From assembly GCF_006345805.1 (NCBI RefSeq), contig NC_042997.1:118482001-118546000 (forward strand): a DNA stretch of 64,000 nucleotides, given 5' to 3'. Origin of the DNA: Octopus sinensis. Its lineage: Eukaryota. Both the position numbers and the translations under genes were made by a program. Below are positions 38,517 through 50,282 of the stretch, one piece after another. Position 1 is the first letter of the stretch; every line of letters starts with the position of its first letter. The notes under the pieces were generated by a model that saw only the letters and a list, made by a program, of their open reading frames with translations, was not told where the DNA came from and did no database searches.

Positions 38517-39046
38517 TGTGGTTTAGTGTGCTGCGTTTTGAAATTGAGTCGCTCAGAAAACATGTTGCCGAGGAAGCGAAGGAAAAAAACAATGGATGCT
38601 GGTGAATAACTTCACTGTCGTCCATCCTTTGTTGAAAAACTCTCTTCACTGTCTCTTTTGTTTTTGCGTTCAAATTCCACCGAGATCAGTTTTATATTTC
38701 ATCCTTTCGATGCTGATAAAACAAAGCACCTGTGAAGTACTCGATGTAATCTACTAACGCCTGTTAGATGAATATGGAGTTATTATATCGGGCAGGGCTT
38801 ATGGAGGAGAGACATAGCTAAAGAAAACGGAACTCAGAATATTATATTGATCTCTGGGTATAGGAAAAACAAATCAGGGCCTTGTGAGAATTGAAACGAG
38901 CACATAAGTTGTTCTCTTTGTAGAGTACAGTATTCTACCACTGTAATAATTCTGTAAGCCAACATATATTCTAACATGTTTTACAAATATTTGGTATGAA
39001 TTCATCGGAACAGGACCTTTTTCTTATTAATATTGTTCTCGAGAAG

Positions 39047-39845
39047 AAGGCGGCGAGCTGGCAGATACTCTAGCACACCGGGCGAAATGCTTAGCGGTAT
39101 TTCGCCTGCCACTACGTTCTGAGTTCAAATTCCTCCGAGGTCGACTTTGCCTTTCATCCTTTCGGGGTCGATTAAATAAGTACCAGTTTCGTACTGGGTT
39201 CGATATAATCGACTTAATCCGTTTGTCTGTCCTTGTTTGTCCTCTCTGTGTTTAGCCCCTTGCGGGTAGCAAAGAAACAGGTATTTCGCCTGCCACTACG
39301 TTCTGAGTTCAAATTCCGCCGAGGTCGACTTTGCCTTTCATCCTTTCGGGGTCGATTAAATAAGTACCAGTTTCGTACTGGGTTCGATATAATCGACTTA
39401 ATCCGTTTGTCTGTCCTTGTTTGTCCTCTCTGTGTTTAGCCCCTTGCGGGTAGCAAAGAAACAGGTATTTCGCCTGCCACTACGTTCTGAGTTCAAATTC
39501 CGCCGAGGTCGACTTTGCCTTTCATCCTTTCGGGGTCGATTAAATAAGTACCAGTTTCGTACTGGGTTCGATGTAATCGACTTAATCCGTTTGTCTGCCC
39601 TTGTTTGTCTCCTCTTTGTGTAGCCCCTTGTGGGCAGTAAAGAAATAAGAAACGTTAGTACGCCGGGTGAAATGCTAAGCGTTATTTCGTCTATCTTTAC
39701 CTTCTGAATTCAAATCTCGCCGAGGTGGACTTTGCCTTTCATCATTTCGGGGTCGATAAATTAAGCACCAGTTGCGTACTGGAGTCGATCTAATCGACTA
39801 GCCCCTCCACTAAAATTTCGGGCCTTGCGCCTAAAGTAGAAAACA
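39047..39845 (+). mobile_element. SINE family C with three tandem 184-bp core+linker units, followed by a further core and tail
   Basis: Units start at 39096, 39280 and 39464 (GGTATTTCGCCTGCCACTACG). Core GAGGTCGACTTTGCCTTTCATCCTTTCGGGGTCGAT. Confidence 0.9.
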
Positions 39846-39864
39846 ATATTGTTTTCGAGAAGAA

Positions 39865-40285
39865 GGTGATGAGCGAGCAGAATTGCTAGCTCGCAGGGGA
39901 AAATACTTAGCGGTGATTTGTCCGTCTTTACGTTCTGAGTTCAAATTTTTTCCGCGGTCGACTATGCCTTCCATCATATCGGGGCCGATAAAATAAGTAC
40001 CAGTTGAGAATTGGTGTAGACTTTATCCACTTTATCCCCTCTCCCAATACTGCCAGCTTTGTGTCAGAATTTGAAACCAATATTATTCACAAAAAGAAAG
40101 GCGGTGAGCTGGTGGAATCGTTAGCTTGTCGGGCAGAATGCTTAGCGGCAATTCGCTTGTCTTTATATTATGAATTCAAATTCCGCGCTTAGGTCGACTT
40201 CAGCTTTCACCCTTTCGTTGACGATAAAATAAGTCATAGACTAATTCCTGCGCCGAAATTGTTGGTCTTGTGCCACAATTTGAGC
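39865..40285 (+). mobile_element. Two further diverged SINE family C monomers in tandem
   Basis: GGTGA.GAGC..AGAAT.GTTAGC head and GTCGAC..CC.T.C..GATAAAATAAGT core repeated at ~39865 and ~40098. Confidence 0.75.
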
Positions 40286-40314
40286 CCAATAATTTTTCTC
40301 TCGAAGGTGGCAGT

Positions 40315-40521
40315 TACTCTTTTACTCTTTTACTCGTTTCAGTCTGTTGACTGCGGCCATGCTGGAGAACCGCCTTTAGTCGAGGAAGTCGACCCCAGGA
40401 CTTATTCTTTGTAAGCCTAGAACTTATTCTATCGGTCTCTTTTGTCGAACCGCTAAATTACGGGCGACGCAAATACAACAGCATCGGTTGTCAAGCGATG
40501 TTGGGAGGGGGACAAACACAG

Positions 40522-40586
<65 letters not shown>

Positions 40587-40736
40587 CAACGGTCTTCTTT
40601 CAGTTTCTGTCTATCAAATCCACTCGCAAGGCTTTGGTCGGCCCGAGGCTATAGTAGAAGGTGCGACGCTGTGGGACTGAACTCGGAACCATGTTGTTTG
40701 TAAGCAAGCTACATACCACACAGCCACTCCTGCGCC
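40315..40736 (-). mobile_element. Full-length SINE family A
   Basis: Matches the family consensus seen in the window. Confidence 0.92.
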
Positions 40737-41499
40737 TATAAAAGTAAAGACAGGTGAAATACAGCTAACCATTCCGTCCAGCGCGCTAATGCTTCTGCCA
40801 CCAATGTTAGTCTTGCATTTCTTCCTTTCGATGTCAATAAAAATAAGTACCAGTGAAGTGCTCGATGTAATCTACTAACCCCTGCCTCTAAAATTGTATG
40901 CCTTGTGCAAAAATTTGAAACCATAATTGCTGCTGTCCTTATCACTCTGTTTGTTGATGCAGTATATCGTGATTTTATATATCAAACATTTTATTGGACA
41001 GCATAGCGTACACAGCGTTGTTGTTTATAAGAGGTCGATCGATATATGTTTTAAAACTAACTGCGCTCAGAATTGGAGAGGACATTCAAAAGCATGTAAG
41101 AAATTAATGCGTAGTAATCAGTTATTGGACATTCTTATTATCTGATCTGTAATCAGATAAAAGACACATAAAGTCACCCATCAATTTCTCTTTTTTTGAT
41201 CTGCAGATCTCTCCGGGATACAAGATTAAATAATTGGTTTTCACATGTACAGATCCATCCATCATTCCATCCATCAATCCACTCGTCCGTCAATCCACTC
41301 GTCCAACCATCAATCTTTTCATCCATCCATCCATCCACCCATCCATCCATCCATCCATCCATCCATCAGTGTGTATGTATATATTTATGTGTGTACATAT
41401 TTATATTGTATTATACTTTATAAAAAGTTGTCGTATAAGCCCGGAGCGATGCGAGAAATCACAAAATAACCTTCTAAAGGAGAAGAAAACAGAACAAAA

Positions 41500-42575
41500 T
41501 TGCCCCTTTACCTTGCATTTCAATATTTTGGGGGTGAAGACCCCCTTCTTCAGGACATTTAGAAAAAGCAGTAGTTGGGAAAATTGTTGCTCAGGCGCAG
41601 GAGTGGCTGTGTGGTAAGTAGCTTGCTAACCAACCACATGGTTCCGGATTCAGTCCCACTGCGTGGCATCTTGGGCAAGTGTCTTCTGCTATAGCCTCGG
41701 GCCGACCAATGCCTTGTGAGTAGATTTGGTAGACGGAAACTGAAAGAAGCCTGTCGTATATATGTATATATATATATGTATGTGTGTATATGTTTGTGTG
41801 TCTGTGTTTGACAACCGATGCTGGTGTGTTTACGTCTCCGTCACTTAGCGGTTCGGCAAAAGAGACCGATAGAATAAGTACTAGGCTTACAAAGAATAAG
41901 TCCCGGGGTCGATTTGCTCGACTAAAGGCGGTGCTCCAGCATGGCCGCAGTCAAATGACTGAAACAAGTAAAAGAAAGAAAGTTGTGAGTGGGGGAAAGA
42001 GGAAGGTGACATGCGCAGACTGGTGTTGCTATAGTAAGCAGTTTGCTTCGTGTAGTTCCTTCTTGTTCATGGTTGGTCTCTATTTGTTTATAAGGAGGGC
42101 TTCCATATTTCTGAGGATGCCCCTGTTGCGTTGGGTCGCCCTTATGAAAACTGTGAAATTCTGGGTTTGGCACTCCTTAAGATGTTTCTTTATTCAAGTG
42201 TTCGTGTGCATATGCTTCTTATTCGGATGTGCAGTTTCCTAGTGTTGCACCCTATGCTGGATGTTCCACATCTATTGCAGGCAACTTCGTTTACCACATG
42301 GGCCCTCGAGCATGTTTTGATGCCATTGATGAGGCATTTAGTAAGAGTGCACCTCACACTGTTCTCTGTGATATTTTTCTTCGACAGACCTTTCTCCAGG
42401 GATGGACCAGTGTGTAGCAAGTGTATGTTGGGGCCCCCTCCAGCGGACAACATGTTGAAGAGCTGCAGTTGTTCTGTCGTCCAAGTAGGGCAGTTTAATG
42501 AAGCACTTTTCCGAATTTCTGTACTGGCCTTTCTTACCGGTTATTCTTGAATACTCAGGAATAACTCGTAACACC
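41500..42575 (-). mobile_element. Penelope-like 3' end (linker, GIY-YIG, 3' region with hammerhead-like motif), interrupted by SINE A
   Basis: FIKLPY; CSRAHVVNEVACNRCGTSSIGCNTRKLHIRI; CUGAAGA-A-GGGGG-UCUUCA-CCCCC-AAAA-UAUU at 41522-41553. Confidence 0.8.
41594..41980 (+). mobile_element. Full-length SINE family A nested in the PLE arm
   Basis: GGCGCAGGAGTGGCTGTGTGG..GGATTCAGTCCC head, CTTGGGCAAGTG core, microsatellite, tail GGCGGTGCTCCAGCATGGCCGCAGTCAAATGACTGAAACAAG. Confidence 0.95.
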
Positions 42576-43180
42576 TGCAGCTCTTCAGCATGTCATCCGC
42601 AGGAAGGGACACGGTATACACTTGCTATACACTGGTCCATCAGTGAGGAAAGTTCTGTCGAGTAAAATTACAATACAAAGCACCGTGGGGTGCACACTCA
42701 CCGACTGCATCAACAGCTTCATCAACGACATCAAAACCTACTCGGGGGTCTATGTTGTATACGAAGATGCCTGCAGTAAATGTGGGGCATTCTACATAGG
42801 GAACACCACTAGGAAACTATACAACCGATTAAAGAGAATATGCAAACAGGCACTTCAATAAAGAAACGCCTTAAGAAGCGCCAAACCCGGAACTTTACAG
42901 TTTCAATGAAGGTACTCCAACGCAACAGGGGCGATCTCAGAATTATGGAAGCGCTCCTTATAATCAAATTGAGACCAGCCATGAACAACAACAACAAAAA
43001 GAATTAAGCGACGCAGACTGGTTGCTATAGCAACACCAGTCCGCGCATATCACCTTCCTCCTTCCTCCAATTCGTCCCTCACCCACACACATCTGAGCAA
43101 AGACTTTTTCCAGCTATTGTTTTTTCCCAAATGTTCTGAAGAAGGGGTGTCTTCACGTGAGACACAGAAATACAAGGCTT
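42571..43180 (+). mobile_element. Penelope-like 3' end (GIY-YIG), inverted partner of 41500-42575
   Basis: YSGVYVVYEDACSKCGAFYIGNTTRKLYNRLK; downstream CTGAAGAAGGGG..GAAA motif at ~43136-43170. Confidence 0.82.
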
Positions 43181-44111
43181 ACCTCGATAAGGGTTTGTTT
43201 ACACACATGGAAACTTATATATATTTTTGCTAACGTGTTTTATACATATCGATGACCATGTATGCAAAGTAAGTCACAGAAAGGGTCATTAAAGGGACAG
43301 TCAATAATTGAATATTTTACTGCTTCCCAGCCTGCTAGTGAAAGTTCATGTTGTCAAACGTCGAAGCTGGTTTCTTTAGTTTTCATATATTGCAAATTAA
43401 GATTGCAAATGGTGCATAAGTGGTCGGATTGTATTAGATCTATTACACTTTTGTCGTGTCTCGTTTCAAGCACAATTTGAGATAAGAAAAATGAAACATG
43501 CCTTGAGATATAAAGTATCTCTCTTGTTATGGTCGACTTGCCTTTCCTGTTATTATTATAGTTCTGCTTCTTCTTTCCCTTCTTCTTTTTCCCTTCTCCC
43601 TCTTCTTACCACTAAAAGTTTAACGCCAACATAATATAATTAAGGAAGTAACGTGACTGTGTCCAGCTCAACGGCCATAGTTAGATAACCTTTCGGCTTC
43701 CATCTTCGAATCTGATGATATCTCCATAAAATCATGCACCACTCGATTCTTTTCCCCGTATCTTTCATTTTATATCTAACAGTTCAGCCACTACATTAAC
43801 AGTTATGCCTAGTCCTTCCTCATCACGATGTCGATTCTCTTGAATTCTCACAGTTCATAGGGATTATTTGCAGCCCTCTACTTGAAACACTTTTAATGGA
43901 AATTTATCGATACCAACCTCACTGCGCTTCTGGGCCTGCCAAGAGCATGGGCATTTCACCTAAAGTTCTGGAGCATGTAAAAAAAAAAGAAAGAAAATAG
44001 CGTGTACTTCACATATAAAAAGCTTCAGGAACGAATAAATACTTCTCCACATCTTATAATAAGTAGGCCTTTATAGTTTGTAGACATAAAAGCTATTTCA
44101 GACCCTCTCTA

Positions 44112-44178
<67 letters not shown>

Positions 44179-44238
44179 TGTGTGTGTGTGCGTGTGTGTG
44201 TGTGTGTGTGTGAGTGTGTGTGTATAAATGTTTATATG

Positions 44239-44809
44239 CACAAGGAGGGAGTCAAAAAGTAATGCCATTTTGTTTAGGACAGGTATAATTACCAGCCCAG
44301 GAACATGTATCATACATCAAAATGAAGCTGGTCCTCTGTGAATCACATCCCTACTTCTCAACATAGTCATCGTTTCTCTCGGTAGCAATGTTCCACCTTC
44401 GAATGAGAGCATTTATCCCTGCCCCGTAAAATTCCGTTGACTGTTCTTTGAGCCACTTCTTCACTACAGTTTCCACTTCCTCGTCACTGAAATAATGTTT
44501 GCCTCTCGAACCCTCTTTCATGGGGCCGAAGAAATAATAGTCCAGTGACGATGATAGTCCAGTGACGAGAAAGTGAAAACTGTAGTGAAGAAGTGGCTCA
44601 AAGAACAGTCAACAGAATTTTACAGGGCAGGGATATATGCTCTCTTTCGAAGGTGGAACACTGTTATCGAGAAAAACAGTGACTATGTTGAGAAGTAGGG
44701 ATGTGATCCACAGAGGACCAGCTTCATTTTGATGTATTATACATGTTTCTGTGTTGGTAATTATACCTATCTTCAACAAAATGGCATTACGTTTTGACAC
44801 ATCCTCGTA
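44239..44809. mobile_element. Palindromic mariner derivative made of two transposase 3' ends head-to-head
   Basis: TIR-like ends (C)AAGGAGGGAGTCAAAAAGTAATGCCATT / AATGGCATTACGTTTTGACACATCCTCGTA. Left arm (minus) DYYFFGPMKEG..DEEVETVVKKWLKEQSTEFY; right arm (plus) DEKVKTVVKKWLKEQSTEFY..DYVEK. Confidence 0.9.
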
Positions 44810-45903
44810 TAAGCGAGTGCGAAGACTAAATCCTAGACATTACTGTCGCGAGTCCTTGGCCTTAGAGAGACAGTTACCTGATGTTCTTGAGGGATAATTG
44901 ACCGAAAACAAAGCATTATCTCTGAATGTGACATTAGTCCGTCGTAAGTTTCCTCATTTGCAGCTAAGTTGACTGCGACAACGTTAAACAGAATGTTATT
45001 CCTCACGAACATAACCTACCAACCTGTATGGGAATCGAAACCAAGTTGCTACGAACATGGATGAAATACCATAAACACTCGATCATGCCATTGAATGGAT
45101 ACAAGAAATTATCCAAATGTGTACGCCAATGTGCTACATTCTGAAACAGCATTCATGCATACCCTCTCATACACAGATACTAAAACACTTGGTTGCTAAG
45201 CTACCCCAGTGTATTATTAGCATCATGTTTAGGCAAGGCACTAATTAGGATACATACATATATATATAGATCGATATTCCCTGTCATCACTGTATATATT
45301 ATTTGTTCATCATATACCTCGTATATCATTGAACATACTTAACTTCAACGATTTTATATGCAATATCTATAATTTGATTCGTTTCATTGTTTTCTGTGGT
45401 TTTCTCTTAAGGTAAATTAGTCTAAAGTGCTTTCTATTTTCAATGGGCTGCGAATGATACCTTTCGACATACGGCTATATCTAGTTCCGCGGAAAATTGT
45501 ATTGTGCATTGATAATTGAAAATATGAATCTCCCGCAACTTTCAAACAATAGAATTGAATGGAACAAATAACAATCTGAGTAGGTGGTGACATTTGTATG
45601 CTGGTTCTCACAAGTCTTGCCTCCTTAGAATAAATACATATATTTTCCATCATATTTTGTTCGTTACTTTGTAACTACAATCTAAATCCCCATGTAATAA
45701 TAGCTTCAGTATTATTTATTTATACTAAATCCTCTTCATTCGACTGAAATATCGACTGAGCTAAATGGAAATGTCTAGCTTTTTCTTATAAACTGTTGAA
45801 CAATAATGAACTATACTATGTGGAAGGTCTAGAAAATAACTTGAAATTTCCACTAATGACACATAAGGTTATACTTAATTGTCAACTTCATTTGAGTCAA
45901 TAT

Positions 45904-46213
45904 CACGTGATCACGTGACCGACCAGGCTATCAGATGTTGCGACACATCACTGATCACAATGCGCTTCGCATTGTTTTAGCCTTCAATTGACGCCACCCC
46001 GCTGCCTAAACGAGCAGGTCAACAGAAGAAAGAATGAGAGAAAGTTGCGGCGAAAGAATACAGCAGGGATCGCGACCATCCCCTGCTGGAGCCTCGTGAA
46101 TCTTTAGGTGTTTTCGCTCAATAAACATTCAAAACGCCCGATCTGGAAAACGAAACCACGATCCTATGACCGCGAGTCCTCTGCCCTATCCACTGGGCCA
46201 TTGCGCCTCCACG
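45904..46213 (-). mobile_element. Complete SINE family B with 12-bp target-site duplication (fourth tail type)
   Basis: TTGAGTCAATAT at 45892-45903 and 46214-46225; tail ending GGTCGGTCACGTGATCACGTGA. Confidence 0.92.
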
Positions 46214-46584
46214 TTGAGTCAATATATCCAGGTTAAAACTGGGAGCGTGCCTGAGTTCCGTGATTAAATAATTAACGAAATTACAGATCCCAAACAAAGA
46301 TGTCAAACAAAACCAGTGCGTGGGTTTAGTATTCACACAATGACCCTTTGGAAATGCAATAAATTATGACTCAATACAAATCACATCATGATTCTTGCAA
46401 ACTAAATACAATATCGTTATTTTGTCTTCCTGGTTATGAAAATTGCAACCAAATTTAACAGCAAAGCTAAAATTGGGACGTATATTGACTTTCACAGGAG
46501 CATTACAGCATATATGGAACAATTTCATTTAGGAATTTAAGAACTAGCAAAGAAACTATCACCGACAAATATACTGCTGCAAAG

Positions 46585-47140
46585 TCTCGCAAGGCCCGAA
46601 ATTTTTTGGAGGGGGGGGGATAGTCGAATAGATCGACCTCCGTAGGCAACTGGTACTTAGTTTATCGACCCCGAAAAGATGAAAGGCAAAGTCGACCGCG
46701 ATGGAATTTGAACTCAGAACATAAAGACAGACGAAATACCTATTTCTTTACTAACCACAAGAGGCCAAATACAGAGGAGACAAACAAGGACAGACAGACG
46801 GTTTAAGTCGATTACATCGACCCCAGTGCGTGAATGGTACTTAATTTATCGACCCCGAAAGGATGAAAGGCAAAGCCGACCTCGGCTGAATTTGAACTCA
46901 GAATGTAATGGCAGATGAAATACCACTAAACATTTCACCCAGAGTGCCAACGTTTCTGCCAGCTCACCGCCTTTAAATATTCTTTTCTTCTCTAGACACA
47001 ACTACCGAAATTTTGAAGAGGGGGCCAGTCGATTAGATCCACTCCAGTACGTAACTGGTACTTAATCTATCGACCCCGAAAGGGTGAAAGGTAAAGTCGA
47101 CCTCGGCGGAATTTGAACTCAGAACGTAGTGACAGACGAA
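46585..47140 (-). mobile_element. Dimeric SINE family C (core-linker-core) plus an adjacent monomer
   Basis: Two ATCGACCCCGAAA.GATGAAAGGCAAAG.CGAC cores joined by the same linker as at 39.2 kb; a third core at ~47060-47140. Confidence 0.85.
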
Positions 47141-47430
47141 AGATCCAATCGAATATTTATTTCACTTTTAATTCTGACGGGATTACAACACACTTTTGTA
47201 TCAGATTTATACAATAACTTTTCCATTAGACATCGTAAGTTTGTTACACCCCACACCACAGCTTACCAAGAATTAGGAAGTACTAAGTAGTATTTTTAGT
47301 TGCGTTATAAACATTTACTCAATTCAGTCACAACAGAATTCGATAAATGGCTGAAAAGCTGATGTATCGAATTAACAGTCTTCGATGTTTTTTTCCTTTA
47401 TGCATCTCCTCTGTTCCAATTTATGCTCAT

Positions 47431-47835
47431 ATTCTTTTACTCTTTTACTTGTTTCAGTCATTCGACTGCGACCATACTGGAGCACCGCCTTTAGTCGAGC
47501 AAAGGACTTATTCTTTGGAAGCCTAGTACTTATTCTATCGGTTTCTTTTGCCGAACCGCTACGTTACGGGGAAGTAAACACACCATCATTAGTTGTCAAG
47601 AGATGTCGGCGGGGGGGTAGCACAGACACACCGACATATACATTCATTTACACACACACACACACATATATATACATATATACGACGGGTGTCTTTCAGT
47701 TTCCGTCTACCGAACCCACTCATAAGCCCTTGGTCGGCCCGAGTCTATAGTAGAAGACACTCGCCCAAGGAGCCACGCAGTGGGACTGAACCCGGAACCA
47801 TGTGATTCGTAAGCAAGCTACTTACCACACGGCCG
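47431..47835 (-). mobile_element. SINE family A with a short internal deletion
   Basis: Matches the family; lacks the ATCGACCCC segment. Confidence 0.88.
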
Positions 47836-50243
47836 TCTTCTTTATTTCTAGTTTCAGTTCAATGAGGAATGTTTTACTAACAAACCGATTCAAGAGGCAG
47901 TCGTCTGAAACGTAGGCCTTCGCCACTGTTTGCTCGACATTTTGTTTTATATTTTGCTGACGTTTTCATTGAAAAATATCATTGTAGTCTTTCATTATAA
48001 CTGTTATGAAAATAACCTCAACTTCGGATTGATAAAATCATTAAATCTTCGGTAACTATACCTTATGGTATTTATTCAGAGCTTGTTTTCATTTATAAGA
48101 TGAAGAATGATAATATTATTTAGTTTTATTATTTTTTCTCATTTGCAATTTGATAACATAAAAATCCAAAGCAATATCGACATATACCTAGGTATACTCT
48201 CTGAATACTCTGATTGCCAATCCCATAATAGTGAACTTTGCCTATCTTATCTCAGAAATGGATAAGCGATGTACAAGCCGAATAACGATGTCTGTTCACT
48301 CTTCAGTTCTTCTCACGAAATAAGAGGATGTATAGTAAAGTTGGAAATCATTACCTCGAAAAATAATTGGAGATCCATTTTAACAAGAAGTCAGATGTGT
48401 ATTGATTTCTACTCAACAGAATTAGAAGAACGTTTCAGTGTTTCTTTTTCGACTTTAACGTTTCCTACACTTTCATATTTATTCAGTCGTACACCATTTT
48501 CTGAATTAATTGCGTGAAGATATGCATTTCTCTATTCTGAAAGTAACTGCACGGAAAACGATAATTTGCCAAATTATAACATACACGTTGTAGGCATACG
48601 AGACTGCATTTAGATGGTACGGTTTTGGAAACGAACTTGGCATGTAAAACAGGAAGATATTAAGTACATGCTGGTACATAAAACAAAATAAAAAAAGCAG
48701 TTTAGAATGGCTACAATTATTGGCATCTTTTTTGAAATCCTTCCAAGGTATAACTCCGGTGTTTCACTTGGAGAGGTTACGTTTTAGTCCGAGGAATATA
48801 TTAAGAGACAAGAAATATTTCCTACAACGGAAAATCGATAGTTTATATCATATATTACGTTTGAATAATCAATTTATTTTCCGATTTGATTGAGTCGATT
48901 TCGAGGGAAATATTTTTGTAATGCCACAGGGTGTATTTAATACAAAAATTGAGTTATATTAGGACTTTCATTAAGGAAATAACAAAAACAAGACAAAACA
49001 AAAAGGAAAACGCTTTTTAAATTTATGGATTGAAAAGAGAAAAAAAAACGATTATGAAATATATATGTTAATGAAAAACATGTAACATGATAATCCAAAG
49101 AACTCAAAGATCCCTAAGGAAACAATCTTTGTTGACAATCTGAATATTTTACATCTTAAGCCAACATTTTTTCCCTTTTAAAGAGAATGTTATCGCCTCG
49201 AGCTGACATGCATGGTTGTCATGGAAAATATATGCAGTTGAAAACATTATAAAGATACGAAAGAGAAGGATTTAAAGAAATAACTCTAAACCTGTTGCAG
49301 CATACAGTGGATATGAATTATAGATATAGACAGATAACTATATTATGTTGAAACTGCACTGATGTTTTATGACAGGTTTTGTTTTGTTAACGTTTATAAA
49401 ATTTTATGCTGAACGGGAGCTATCTTGCTACTGCTGCAAACATTCCATATTTACATCCGTTTTAAATCCATTGAAAAATGAAAGAAAACCTGAAGGTGTT
49501 AGCATGAAATTCAAACAAAAATTCTCACTAATGTTCGAAAGAAACAACCCGAGTATGATAAAAGTCTATGTAAGTCTTCAAAATTTTGCATTTTTCTGAT
49601 AACGTATCTTGATATTATTTGCTACGTGTTATCAGTTTTTCGTCTAATCTAATATCTTGAAGCTAGTTAAGGCTGTCTAGAAGTTCGATAAATATCACGT
49701 TTTGCATGAGAATTTTCCTGTTATTTACTGTTTGGAAAATATAGAAGTTGAATTGATTAACATCGAATGAGATAATGTTTGCTTGTAGAGTGTTAAAAAT
49801 ACTGTTTACACTTAAACGATGAAGTCATGTATTATGGTTAAATATTAACCTAAGATATTAATGCAAAATATTTATTTTACTTAAAAGAATAGGGAAAGCA
49901 AAGAACAAGGATATGTATATATTTATTTTAAAACTATAATGTTTTAAATATGTCTCAAGTGCTAAACATAATTACCACCGAGCAGAAGTTTTAAGAATTT
50001 CGTAATAAGCACACGCAAAAATTATCCTCTGTAATTTTACACTTCCTTAATTTCAAATTTAGGATTCTCATCACGCCATGTATAACGTACAAAAATTGAT
50101 TATCTCCGTTGTTTGTAGAAGCTTCAGCTACAAAGGGAACCACGAATATATTGGGTATATTTTGGCAGTTATTTTTTTATGCCATGTTAGCCTTAATGCG
50201 TCGGATCCGTGATCAAAGGTACTCTAGGGATTGCAAACTCCTC

Positions 50244-50282
<39 letters not shown>

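Noticed and set aside
39047-39650. CRISPR-like array
   Set aside because: 184-bp whole-unit tandem copies of a SINE, with no unique spacers and no cas genes.
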